This document shows, one piece after another, positions 8,827 to 18,173 of a DNA stretch of 64,000 nt (position 1 is the stretch's first letter; every line of letters begins with the position of its first letter). Source of the stretch: an uncultured virus (IMG/VR IMGVR_UViG_3300025603_000010) (Duplodnaviria; Heunggongvirae; Uroviricota; Caudoviricetes); the IMG/VR virus record IMGVR_UViG_3300025603_000010; one strand, written 5' to 3'. A program made the position numbers and the translations under genes. The notes beneath the pieces are model-generated. The model did no database searches. It worked only from the letters and a program-made list of their open reading frames with translations, and was not told the origin of the DNA.

Positions 8827-9417
8827 TCACGGCGATTCCAGTGGAAACATTGATTTTTTCCTCATCTTTGTAGCTCTGCGTTGGGCCATGTTGAACTTTA
8901 ACTTGCTGACCCGTTTGGTAAAGTTCGTCCCTTCCATATGGTCATACTCATGCTGGAAGATTCGTGATTCGAGTCCATGCATCTCTACCTGTACCAATTC
9001 ACCATCCACATCGTAGTAGATGCACCGAATACCCTCTGGGCGTTCCACCTTCAACCACATACCGGGCCATGTCAAACAACCCTCATCCATAATGATCCTT
9101 TCAAGGTGATACTCAGTAATCATGGGGTCAAAGCATGTGATTGCTTCTTTCTTCTTGATATCTGAATACATTATGAAAACACGTTCCTTGACACCAATCT
9201 GATTCGCAGACAGGCCAATTCCCTGATAATGCACCATTGCACTATTTAGTTTTGCCTGTAGTGCCTTACGATCTAGGTCTGCCGAGCATGGTGCAAGGGG
9301 TTCTTTTAGAATTGGATCATTTATAGGAACCAAAGGTTCGACCATTATCATTCTTTTGATATGATCAATATGACCTTGATTAACTTGCTCTTGGTGCATT
9401 ATATTTTCGCCTGTCAT
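8827..9417 (-). CDS. def: Peptide deformylase
   Basis: GIGLSANQIG, EGCLT, QHEYDHMEG. Confidence 0.93.
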   Translation of the reverse strand: MTGENIMHQEQVNQGHIDHIKRMIMVEPLVPINDPILKEPLAPCSADLDRKALQAKLNSAMVHYQGIGLSANQIGVKERVFIMYSDIKKKEAITCFDPMITEYHLERIIMDEGCLTWPGMWLKVERPEGIRCIYYDVDGELVQVEMHGLESRIFQHEYDHMEGTNFTKRVSKLKFNMAQRRATKMRKKSMFPLESP

Positions 9418-9421
9418 TATA

Positions 9422-9943
9422 TTACCTTCCATAAAAAGTTGTGCCCAAAACGGGTGGAGTTTGTTTATCAAACAAATACCATGCACAATTGTCTTTGCCT
9501 GTCATATTACCAAACCACTTAATTCTACCCACACTTACAATCTTATGTAAAAACGGCATGTAAGGTTGACTCTGTTTAGTATGCATCCAATCGGCATCAA
9601 ATAGGAGCCATGTAGGTTTTAGTAGAGCGAAGTGATCTATCATTGGATGCAGTATTTTTCTGTTCCATGGCGGATTTGTGATTATATAATTTGATTCCAA
9701 TAATTCATTTTCTTTTACATCTTTATAATCTTGAGTCGGTATACCTTCATCCTGCGGTTCAATATCACTTGCCCACATACATACACCCCCCGTTTCAAGA
9801 TGTTTTATCAATGCACCATTACCAGCACAAGGTTCTGCAAAGGTAAAATGTTTCGGTAGATGTTCAATAAGAGGTTCTACCGCCTCAAATGGTGTTATAT
9901 AATAGTCTCTTGGTTTTCTTTCAAAGTCACTACGCTTTCCCAT
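9422..9943 (-). CDS. DNA amino-methyltransferase (m6A/m4C type)
   Basis: EPCAGNG SAM-binding motif; NPPW catalytic motif. Confidence 0.85.
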   Translation of the reverse strand: MGKRSDFERKPRDYYITPFEAVEPLIEHLPKHFTFAEPCAGNGALIKHLETGGVCMWASDIEPQDEGIPTQDYKDVKENELLESNYIITNPPWNRKILHPMIDHFALLKPTWLLFDADWMHTKQSQPYMPFLHKIVSVGRIKWFGNMTGKDNCAWYLFDKQTPPVLGTTFYGR

Positions 9944-11652
9944 TATTCCACCACATGACTAAAGTTTTTCACTTTCTCAAATTTGATTGTATCTTTGAAC
10001 TTATCTGCAAGAGTATCCTGTTTATGGCTAATCACAAATACATTCTCATCACCAAGGGTATTGAGGATTTTTAGGAACTCATCTGTGCCTGTACCATCCA
10101 GCGAGCTATCAAATATCTCATCCAGAATAAGCAGGTTGGTATTGGTGCTGTTCTTCATCTTTGCAATCGCTCTCCAAGTAAAGAGCAGTGCAAGGTCAAT
10201 ACGCATCTTCTCACCCTCACTGAATGACGCATAGGTAAACTCATCACGATACCGGGACTTAATCGTTTCCTCAAAGTTTTCATTCAAGGTGAAATTCACA
10301 TAGAATTCCATAGACGTTAGATAGGTATTAATCAACTTGTTCATGACAGGAAGGTATTGCTTGATAACCTTGGTCTTGATACCCGTGTCCTGTAGCATAT
10401 TCCTTGCAGCCTCTGCATAGGTCTTGTCTTCTCGCAACTTGGACTTCTGCATATCAAATCCAGAAAGAGTTTCCTTTAACTCATCCAATTTATTATGGTC
10501 ATCTTTATTGATTTCACCAGCAACTAATTGGTCAATCTCTGACTGCAAAGTAGCATTGAATTTCTCAAGTTGAATAAGAGAACTATTCTCCTTTGCAACA
10601 TGAACTTCATTTTCCCGAATTTTATTAGCAATATCTTTTATGTCGTTCTGTCGTGATGTCACCTTGTTCAATTCATCTTTAAGTTCTTCTAGTCCACCAT
10701 TAACCCTATCTGCTTCACCTTGTTTTTTATCAATCATGTCAGCCTTGAAGATTTCATCAATATGTTGTTGGCAGGTTGGGCAGTCCTCATTGCTCTCAAA
10801 GAAACCGACCAGTTTAGTATGGGCCCTATGTTTCTCTTTTAGTTGTGATTGAATATCTTTCAGTTTGCTATGTTTTGTATTTACATTATCGTTATCTGTA
10901 ATTTGATTAAGAAGTTCAATGTTATTTGTGTTGTGGAATTTTATATCCAAATTCTTTTTAAAAACTTCTTCTTCATTTCCATCAATCAAAGAAGTCTTCT
11001 CTCGAATGAGTTTTTCCTTATGCATGAACATCTCATCAATATATTTTTTCTGAAGGGTAATCTTTTCACTTGTCAGGGTATATCGATAATCAACCTCACG
11101 CATATCATCAACAATAGTCTTCAGCTGCGTCTTGAGGAGCATATTCATTAGGGAGAAAATCTGGATATCAAGAATTTCCTCAACAACCTCACGGCGGTGT
11201 TTAGACTTCAATTGCATGAAGGGAATAAAGGTAGATGAACCTAAAATAACAACCTGTGTGAAACTACGATAGTTTAACTTTAGGATTTGTTGCTCAAGAT
11301 ATTTCTGGTAGTCACGGGAGTTTGCGTCTTGGTTATACAACTTACCGTTGACATGAATTTCAAACACATTTGGTTTGATACCACGAACAACCCTAACCTT
11401 CTTGGTTCCAATACGAAACTCCACCTCTACTAATGCACCGCTACCATTGACAGAGTTTAGAAGTTGAGGTTTGTTGATATTACGAAAAGGCTTACCAAAT
11501 AAACCGAAACATAAAGCGTCAAGAATAGTAGATTTGCCTGCACCATTTTCTCCAACAATTAACGTGGTTGAATTTCTGTCTAACTGTATTTCTGTAAAGT
11601 TGTTACCAGTTGAAAGGAAATTGGCCCATCTAACTTTTTCAAAGTAAATAAT
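9943..11652 (-). CDS. gp46: Recombination endonuclease ATPase subunit (Rad50/SbcC-like); probable ATT start
   Basis: Frame open 76 codons upstream of the track start: IIYFEKVRWANFLSTGN...GENGAGKST; CPTC hook, FSEGEK, LDEIFD. Confidence 0.93.
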   Translation of the reverse strand: MIYFEKVRWANFLSTGNNFTEIQLDRNSTTLIVGENGAGKSTILDALCFGLFGKPFRNINKPQLLNSVNGSGALVEVEFRIGTKKVRVVRGIKPNVFEIHVNGKLYNQDANSRDYQKYLEQQILKLNYRSFTQVVILGSSTFIPFMQLKSKHRREVVEEILDIQIFSLMNMLLKTQLKTIVDDMREVDYRYTLTSEKITLQKKYIDEMFMHKEKLIREKTSLIDGNEEEVFKKNLDIKFHNTNNIELLNQITDNDNVNTKHSKLKDIQSQLKEKHRAHTKLVGFFESNEDCPTCQQHIDEIFKADMIDKKQGEADRVNGGLEELKDELNKVTSRQNDIKDIANKIRENEVHVAKENSSLIQLEKFNATLQSEIDQLVAGEINKDDHNKLDELKETLSGFDMQKSKLREDKTYAEAARNMLQDTGIKTKVIKQYLPVMNKLINTYLTSMEFYVNFTLNENFEETIKSRYRDEFTYASFSEGEKMRIDLALLFTWRAIAKMKNSTNTNLLILDEIFDSSLDGTGTDEFLKILNTLGDENVFVISHKQDTLADKFKDTIKFEKVKNFSHVVE

Positions 11653-11654
11653 AG

Positions 11655-12710
11655 CTATAACTCCAAATCTTGCGCTTCAGTGTAAAGTGACCGCATCGTA
11701 CTCTTCAGTCTGTCCTTACTCAGTGTAACGTCCAGTTGATCAATGTATTTTTCTAGAAGCGTCATCGTGTCTTCAGTATTCTCCACAATATCATCAGATA
11801 CATTCTCAGCATCCAACTCAGAGAAGTCTTCAATAATCTTAACTTCATATGCATCAGCCTGTAGCAATCTGTCTGTGAACTTGTCAAACTGATAAAGGTC
11901 TTTCTTGTTTACCACAATCAGTTTTACATACTTCTCTTTATAACCAGATACATCTTCTTTGGTATAATCTTTAACAGTATCATCATAGAAAATCTTTTCA
12001 TGGATAGTGTATGGATTAATAATACGTTCCAGTTCTCTATTATCTGTATCAAAGATATGAAAACCTTTCGGGTCATCGTGGTCACTCCATGTAATCTCAT
12101 ACGGGGTTCCCAGATAATATATCTGGCCATCATCAGATTTATGATGAAAGTGTCCACTAAAGCATAGGTCAAACCTACGGAACAATTCCTTATCATAGGA
12201 ACCTTCTGCCATATGACCCTTATGCATTTCAAATCCATTTACTTCCAAGTGTCCCATCAAAATCTGTGCGGGAGAAGTCTTCAATGCATTCATTGCAATG
12301 TCATAGTTACCAGCATTAATCCACGGCATGAATTGAATTGGTATACCATCAAATTCAACAACCGTTGGACCCGTGTATATATTACACTTATCAGAACCTA
12401 CAAGTTCTTCCATTGAATTGACTTCACTGGTATTTTTATAAAATGTATCATGGTTACCAATGATAAGATGAAGGTCAATCCCCAACTCAGAAAATCGGTT
12501 GATGAACCTCTTTCTAAAATCACTGGCAGTTTTAAAGCTGATGAATTTTCTACGGTCTGTAACATCACCCATATGAACACAGGTAGTAATTCCTCTCTTA
12601 ACTAAAGTGGGAAAAAATACATCATCATAGAACTTGTAGAAATAATCACTGAAATTTTGGTTCTCAGCTCTAGCTCCGAAGTGGGTATCGGTAATAATTG
12701 CAATCTTCAA
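11655..12710 (-). CDS. gp47: Recombination endonuclease nuclease subunit (Mre11/SbcD-like)
   Basis: DTHFG, GD, GNHD, SGHFH. Confidence 0.95.
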   Translation of the reverse strand: MKIAIITDTHFGARAENQNFSDYFYKFYDDVFFPTLVKRGITTCVHMGDVTDRRKFISFKTASDFRKRFINRFSELGIDLHLIIGNHDTFYKNTSEVNSMEELVGSDKCNIYTGPTVVEFDGIPIQFMPWINAGNYDIAMNALKTSPAQILMGHLEVNGFEMHKGHMAEGSYDKELFRRFDLCFSGHFHHKSDDGQIYYLGTPYEITWSDHDDPKGFHIFDTDNRELERIINPYTIHEKIFYDDTVKDYTKEDVSGYKEKYVKLIVVNKKDLYQFDKFTDRLLQADAYEVKIIEDFSELDAENVSDDIVENTEDTMTLLEKYIDQLDVTLSKDRLKSTMRSLYTEAQDLEL

Positions 12711-13273
12711 CGCTCGTCACCAAGTTCCGCAACACCAACAACATCATCTTCCATAAATTTCTCTAGTCCTTTTTTACTTTTTTTTTCTACCGTCTTAGGT
12801 TTATAGACATCTTCCATTGGAAGATTTTCTAGTGCAAAGGAATTATCAATACTGTAACTGGTTGAATCACCGGGCATAGTATCAAAGGATTGGTAGTTAC
12901 TACCCGCTACGATTCTATTTTTAACGTGGGTTTGCTTCTTTTCTTTTTGAATTCTTCGGATGAAGGCGTAGTAGATAATTTGCGTAAAGTATGCAAAGGG
13001 ATTTGATGACTTCTCTGGATTGAAGTTTGAAGCATATTGAAGACAGTTTTCGATCCCATCAGATACCATGTCATCCTTGTATGTATAATTTATAAAGTTA
13101 GGCCGATAGGATAAATGTTGTGCAATCTTGAGAAAACACTCACCCATATAATTTGTAACAGGTGGAATACGTTTTTCAGCATCCACTGCTTCTTTGCACT
13201 TCTCTTTCCATGCGACCATTTCAACAAGAAATGCTTTATTATCAACGTAGTGTTCGCCTTTTGCTTTCGCCAT
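12707..13273 (-). CDS. gp55: Late-transcription sigma factor
   Basis: HYVDNKAF...YRPNFINY...NPFAYFTQIIYYAFIRRI. Confidence 0.95.
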   Translation of the reverse strand: MAKAKGEHYVDNKAFLVEMVAWKEKCKEAVDAEKRIPPVTNYMGECFLKIAQHLSYRPNFINYTYKDDMVSDGIENCLQYASNFNPEKSSNPFAYFTQIIYYAFIRRIQKEKKQTHVKNRIVAGSNYQSFDTMPGDSTSYSIDNSFALENLPMEDVYKPKTVEKKSKKGLEKFMEDDVVGVAELGDER

Positions 13274-13298
13274 TAGGTATTTTCCTCAATCTTTATAC

Positions 13299-13327
13299 AC
13301 TATACTATATTTGTAATATAAAGTCAA
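13299..13327 (-). promoter_or_regulatory. Sigma70-type promoter for gp55/47/46
   Basis: TTGACT-N17-TATAGT. Confidence 0.7.
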
Positions 13328-13351
13328 GGACCATTATAATTTAAAAGTACC

Positions 13352-13380
13352 TTGACTTCGCCTAAAAATGGTGTTATATT
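13352..13380 (+). promoter_or_regulatory. Divergent sigma70-type promoter, antisense to the uvsW operon
   Basis: TTGACT-N17-TATATT with extended -10 TG. Confidence 0.5.
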
Positions 13381-13408
13381 ATGCTTGTCCTTGGTTCATA
13401 GAACTACA

Positions 13409-13792
13409 TTAATGTATTGATTTATTAGATATTTCCAGTTCATCTAATAGTTCTTCATATATATCCTCATCATCGTAATCATCCACAGTATCAATCAGAT
13501 CAGCGCCATCTAATTTATTAATTATTCCTTCATAATAGATACTCAATCCGGGAGATGCGGGTAACATAATAATAACATGTTTAGGATCAATCTCAAAATA
13601 TTTTTGTTCTGTAAAGGGTTGTACCCATCGTGAGAGCATTAGAGATTCTGTCATACCTCTTCGTGTCATACTTGGGTGAACATTCATTAGTAGTGGCTTT
13701 GAAATTTCATACTTACCATCGCCCTCAGTTAACTCACAAATGATATTTTCCCCACTAATGAGCTTTAAGATTTTATATGTATCCTTATTCAT
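13409..13792 (-). CDS. Conserved T4-like hypothetical protein
   Basis: KILKLISGENIIC...WVQPF; usual position between uvsW and gp55. Confidence 0.7.
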   Translation of the reverse strand: MNKDTYKILKLISGENIICELTEGDGKYEISKPLLMNVHPSMTRRGMTESLMLSRWVQPFTEQKYFEIDPKHVIIMLPASPGLSIYYEGIINKLDGADLIDTVDDYDDEDIYEELLDELEISNKSIH

Positions 13793-13845
13793 TGTAGTTT
13801 TACCTTTGCAATTTCATAGTTGAATTGTTCTAATTCTATTTATGA

Positions 13846-15321
13846 CTACTGTAGTTTTACTTTACTAATTTCATAGTTGAATTGTTCTGTGTTATAAATC
13901 TGGATGCGTTCTTGAAAGTGATTAAGCGTAAAGTTGTTCTGATTTCTAAATGTCAAGTCATCTGCAATATCAAAGATCAAAACGGAATCCTTATTCTCAC
14001 TGACCCGCAAACCTCTACCGATACTCTGTAACACCCTAATTCTGGATTTACTTGGACTTGCGAGCACGATGTTATGAATGTTACGAATATTAATACCAGT
14101 ACTAAAGGTGCCATACGAAGCGATAGTGATAGAGTTTTTCTCACCCTCAACAATAGCTCGTATTTCTTCTCTTTCTGTGGTACTCGTTTTACCATAGATG
14201 AAAAATATCTTTCGCAATTTATCATCAAAGTATCCTTCAGCCTGAGTCTTTAAAACTGCTTCGTGCAGTGGCTTACCATGTTTCTCCACGAGTTGATATA
14301 AACATAATGTATTGCCCGGAAGATGCATCAACAACCCAGCAAGAAATGCATTTCTACCTTCATGTTCGCCTAGGAATTGTAGTTCCTCTGCATAAGTCAT
14401 CCTCTCTCGTATATTATAATGTTTTAAAACAATGCATTTGATTTTAAGGTCAGCAAGAGATTTATTGTCAATTAGTTGCTTTGTGGTAGTTACTTTTTCA
14501 ACTGGACCAAACAGTCCCTCTAACACAAGCTGATGCGTCTGTGTACCGTCCAGCGTCCCTGTAAGACCATATCTGTACCTACATTGGTGTAACTTGGTCA
14601 TTATGCCTGTTAAGGATTTTGCCTTAAACATATGCGCTTCATCACCAATCACACAACCAAATTGTTCAAAATATTTCTTTGGTAATTTATAAATGGATTG
14701 CCATGTTGATACAACAACGTCTTTTTCAACCTTACTTGAATGTCCCTGATATACCTTCTGGCAGTATGTACCAGAGCTCCAACCATAGTCCTCAAAGTCT
14801 GAATACATCTGTTCCACAAGTGAAGTGGTGGGAACTAGTATCAGGGTCTTTAACCCCATCATATGATAATAACGAACTAACGAATAGATTATGAGTGATT
14901 TGCCCGAAGCAGTAGGACTAACAAGAAGAGCCCGACCTCTGGAAATAGCGTGATGTACAGCATCAATTTGATAGTCACGAACTTTGAGAGACTTTCCCCC
15001 GGATTTAGGTTTAAGTGACCTGATGAAATCTCTAACAACTTGGCGAACAATAACCCGCTCATTTTCAACTCCTTCTTCTAATATATAGTCAATTCCGTTT
15101 TTCTGACAAAATCCTCTGATATACTGGAGCAATCCAACATATATCTCACCTGTTGCTGGGGAGAACAATCGTATCTTTCCATCCCACATTCTATTGCGAT
15201 ACATAGGTGTGAACTTAGCGTTAGGAACCTCAAACTCAAAAAATGAACATAACTCCTGTCGAGTAGAATCTTCCATATCATCAAGTATCAAATAGACTTC
15301 ATTTTTCTTGGAGATTTTCAT
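13846..15321 (-). CDS. uvsW: SF2 helicase
   Basis: RDYQ, SPTASGKS, GDEAH, QSIGRGLR. Confidence 0.95.
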   Translation of the reverse strand: MKISKKNEVYLILDDMEDSTRQELCSFFEFEVPNAKFTPMYRNRMWDGKIRLFSPATGEIYVGLLQYIRGFCQKNGIDYILEEGVENERVIVRQVVRDFIRSLKPKSGGKSLKVRDYQIDAVHHAISRGRALLVSPTASGKSLIIYSLVRYYHMMGLKTLILVPTTSLVEQMYSDFEDYGWSSGTYCQKVYQGHSSKVEKDVVVSTWQSIYKLPKKYFEQFGCVIGDEAHMFKAKSLTGIMTKLHQCRYRYGLTGTLDGTQTHQLVLEGLFGPVEKVTTTKQLIDNKSLADLKIKCIVLKHYNIRERMTYAEELQFLGEHEGRNAFLAGLLMHLPGNTLCLYQLVEKHGKPLHEAVLKTQAEGYFDDKLRKIFFIYGKTSTTEREEIRAIVEGEKNSITIASYGTFSTGINIRNIHNIVLASPSKSRIRVLQSIGRGLRVSENKDSVLIFDIADDLTFRNQNNFTLNHFQERIQIYNTEQFNYEISKVKLQ

Positions 15322-15328
15322 GATGATA

Positions 15329-15901
15329 TCATCCTTTATTTTTACACCGGCTAAAGTGCCACCTCTTCATATTGGCATGTCCCTTACCAACTTTACCGCA
15401 ATGAGGACAAACCAACTCAACCCTGTTTTGATCCGTCATTTTGTTAGCGTATATATTACTAACCACTGCTAGTCTTTCTGTAGAAACTCGTCCTCTCCGT
15501 TTCCATTTGTCTTTGTATCCCGGATTTTCCTCTCTCCACTTTATCCAATATTCTTTCCTTGCGATGGAAATGCTGGGCACTTTTTTGCCCTTACACCATG
15601 GAATATGTCCTTTTGGAAAGGCGTTAGTTGGTACTCCACCTATACCATTTTCTTCCATCAAATTAGCAAAGTCATTTGATTCAACGACGCTGAACAGTTC
15701 GCTGTAATATAATCCCCATTCCTTTACTTCATCATTGCTTTTACATATTCTCAACACTTCTGTTGTTACGTCATTCCCGTGTTTACGAATATGATTCTTC
15801 CAATAGACACCTGATCCCTTATAAGTATGGGGGTCTTGAGCAGTTTTACCCAGATACTTTTTACCAGTAACATTGTGGGTTTTGAGATACAAATAGATCA
15901 T
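15329..15901 (-). CDS. GIY-YIG-like (Seg-type) homing endonuclease with C-terminal CPHC motif
   Basis: MIYLYLKTHNVTGKKYLGKT..YKGSG; CPHCGK...RWHF. Confidence 0.85.
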   Translation of the reverse strand: MIYLYLKTHNVTGKKYLGKTAQDPHTYKGSGVYWKNHIRKHGNDVTTEVLRICKSNDEVKEWGLYYSELFSVVESNDFANLMEENGIGGVPTNAFPKGHIPWCKGKKVPSISIARKEYWIKWREENPGYKDKWKRRGRVSTERLAVVSNIYANKMTDQNRVELVCPHCGKVGKGHANMKRWHFSRCKNKG

Positions 15902-15970
15902 ACTACTATTTATATTATCCCACATTTACGCACTATAGAAATTCTTCGTTCTTCTTTGATATATGCACAA

Positions 15971-16321
15971 CTAACCCCTCTCAACATATTTCATTTTAAT
16001 TTCTTTTGGACTGAAGAAATCCACAATAACTCCAGTTGCAAGACCCGTATCATATTTCTTACAACTAAAAATATCAATATAACAGTCACCTGTTTTATCT
16101 ACAAAGTGTCCTGTGATGTTACTGGTTTCTATCATCTGACAAAAACTGTAACCGGCCGCATCAGGGTCGTGTGTTGCAAAGTGTGCAATCATTGGGTCAC
16201 CATATGATACCATACCAATTGTTGGAACAACATTAGAAATGAATGATCGAATATTCTCTTCTGTTAAAGTTTCCTTTGAACAGGATTCGCAATCAAATAG
16301 TGTATGATAACCCCAAGCCAT
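15971..16321 (-). CDS. speD: Pyruvoyl-dependent S-adenosylmethionine decarboxylase family protein
   Basis: GYH...IETSNITGHF...YIDIFSCK. Confidence 0.85.
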   Translation of the reverse strand: MAWGYHTLFDCESCSKETLTEENIRSFISNVVPTIGMVSYGDPMIAHFATHDPDAAGYSFCQMIETSNITGHFVDKTGDCYIDIFSCKKYDTGLATGVIVDFFSPKEIKMKYVERG

Positions 16322-16752
16322 TATATCATACCCGCTTCAAACTTTTTCCAATCAGTGGCATTACGAATATCCCACCCACGATTGTCGATAGATTTAATCA
16401 CACCCTTGCAGTAGTCTACGCATGAATCGTAGTACCCAATTTTATTTGAAATTCTAAGAATGTCCTCGTCGGACTGAATGTACATTGTAAGGTCTGTCTT
16501 CATAACCCTAATGTCAAACGGTTTTGCAGCGTAGACTTTTGCATCTGCCTTACCACCATAGTACTCCCATTTCTGACGATATAGGAGTTGATGGTCAGTT
16601 TTAGCTTTGACCAGTAGCAATTCAAAGTCTGCCTTGAAGTCCAACCATTTCCGTTTGATCATTTGATTTTTAAAAGATTCCTGATCGATATGTTCTAGAT
16701 CAGTTATAGGAAGGTCTTCTCTTGCAGTTTTCTTTAGTACTTCTAAATCCAT
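16321..16752 (-). CDS. uvsY: Recombination mediator
   Basis: WEYYGGKA...KSIDNRGWDIRNATDWKKF. Confidence 0.9.
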   Translation of the reverse strand: MDLEVLKKTAREDLPITDLEHIDQESFKNQMIKRKWLDFKADFELLLVKAKTDHQLLYRQKWEYYGGKADAKVYAAKPFDIRVMKTDLTMYIQSDEDILRISNKIGYYDSCVDYCKGVIKSIDNRGWDIRNATDWKKFEAGMI

Positions 16753-16766
16753 AATTGCCTCATAAT

Positions 16767-16887
16767 AAAAAAAGTGAGCAGTTTGGTTTCTCTCTTTGAT
16801 ATGTTGACCCTGATGAGTTCGAACGAGTTGTCATCAGAAATTAAGTCTAAGATTTGATAAATGTTAAAGCTTACCAAATCTGCTCAT
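16767..16887 (-). ncRNA. Candidate structured late small RNA
   Basis: Starts just after TATAAATA (16891-16898); TGAGCAG.TTTGGT pairs with ACCAAA.CTGCTCA; apical CTGATGA/TCATCAG stem; ends in T7. Confidence 0.55.
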
Positions 16888-16893
16888 CTATAT

Positions 16894-17478
16894 TTATACA
16901 CTCTCAAATTTATAAATTTGATATTTGAATGTTACATCAGCAGTCATATACTCAACATCTGTTGCACCCTGTGTATAATTTAATCCACTGAGTGATATTG
17001 GAAATACGTTTTGGAAATTTACGTTTAGAATTGGATTATTTTTGTTTGACAGGATCATAAGAAATGCATCCGAATACATTGCTTTATCAGATACAGCATT
17101 ACCAACAAGATCAACAGGTTGTTTTACACCCCCGGCCGGAGTGTTTGACGTAACATCCCTATGTTTTCTAAATTCTGACCTATCTGATGGGAAACCATAC
17201 CCCGTAATCCAATTGTGTAGGGTCTGATAATTTTCTAGATACTCATCTACAATAAATGTGATAGTAAGGTCACTATATGTAAGTTTATCACCCATAATTG
17301 GAATATTCTTAAATGGGTTTGCGAAATCTACAGATGCGCCCTCAATACCGGGCAGGTTTGCATTGGTTGTGAAAAACTCTACCTTTGGTAATTGTTGAAT
17401 ACCAAAGCGGAACTGGGTTGGACTTGCATAGTCTAACTGTTCTGGTTGTCTTGCGAGTGGTGATTGTGATGTTGCCAT
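16894..17478 (-). CDS. gp3: Tail completion / tube terminator protein
   Basis: YASPTQFRF...F.VDEYLENY...FPISLSGL; between gp23 and uvsY. Confidence 0.85.
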   Translation of the reverse strand: MATSQSPLARQPEQLDYASPTQFRFGIQQLPKVEFFTTNANLPGIEGASVDFANPFKNIPIMGDKLTYSDLTITFIVDEYLENYQTLHNWITGYGFPSDRSEFRKHRDVTSNTPAGGVKQPVDLVGNAVSDKAMYSDAFLMILSNKNNPILNVNFQNVFPISLSGLNYTQGATDVEYMTADVTFKYQIYKFESV

Positions 17479-17489
17479 TATAATACTAT

Positions 17490-18173
17490 TTAGGTCACAG
17501 AATTAACCAAATAACCTTTATGTTGTTTTGCTTTACCATTTGCTACCCTTGCCATATTACCTTGGTCTAAGTTATTTTCTCTACACCACTTCGTCAGATT
17601 TATTATCTTAAACTCCTTACCATCAGGATCGATGATAATATATTCTTTACATAATGCAGACGCAACCTTATCCTTTTGACATTGTGGTTGTTTTTTTCCA
17701 ATCCTTGATTGTCTCATTTTTTCTTTAGTTTCTTCTGTAGGTTTCTTGCCTTTTTTTGATTCACTCATTTTCTTTTTGGTTTCTTCAGATCGTTTTTTAC
17801 CCCACAAAGGATTATTTTTACCTTTTTTTGATTCACTCATTTTTCTTTTAGTTTCTGTAGAACACCTTACGGGAGTATAATTCTTGATGTCAGTTTTATT
17901 TAGCCAGTCGTTTCTGGTCACCACATGTAATCTTTTTAGAACACCAGATTCCCAAGTTTTAGCACTATCGGAATCAGTGAAAGTTTTACGAATCTCTATG
18001 GTAAAATCGTCCCTGCCATATTTTTCTATGAGTTCTTTAACATATTTTGATGAGGTAAAATAGGAAACCCAGAAATCGTCAGGATGACAACCTCTTTTAT
18101 ATCGGACACCATAGTAGTGTTGGCCGGTGGTCTGGGATGTAATACGGTATGTGTAGGGGGTATAAATAGACAT
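17490..18173 (-). CDS. GIY-YIG-like homing endonuclease with NUMOD3 repeats
   Basis: YTYRI...YYGVRY...YFTSS; repeated ETKxKMSESKKG. Confidence 0.85.
   Translation of the reverse strand: MSIYTPYTYRITSQTTGQHYYGVRYKRGCHPDDFWVSYFTSSKYVKELIEKYGRDDFTIEIRKTFTDSDSAKTWESGVLKRLHVVTRNDWLNKTDIKNYTPVRCSTETKRKMSESKKGKNNPLWGKKRSEETKKKMSESKKGKKPTEETKEKMRQSRIGKKQPQCQKDKVASALCKEYIIIDPDGKEFKIINLTKWCRENNLDQGNMARVANGKAKQHKGYLVNSVT

Noticed and set aside
16808..16850. CTGATGA...GAAA resembling a hammerhead ribozyme core
   Set aside because: The short stem after CTGATGA is followed by GAGT rather than GAAA, CTGATGA pairs with TCATCAG, and stems I and III could not be built
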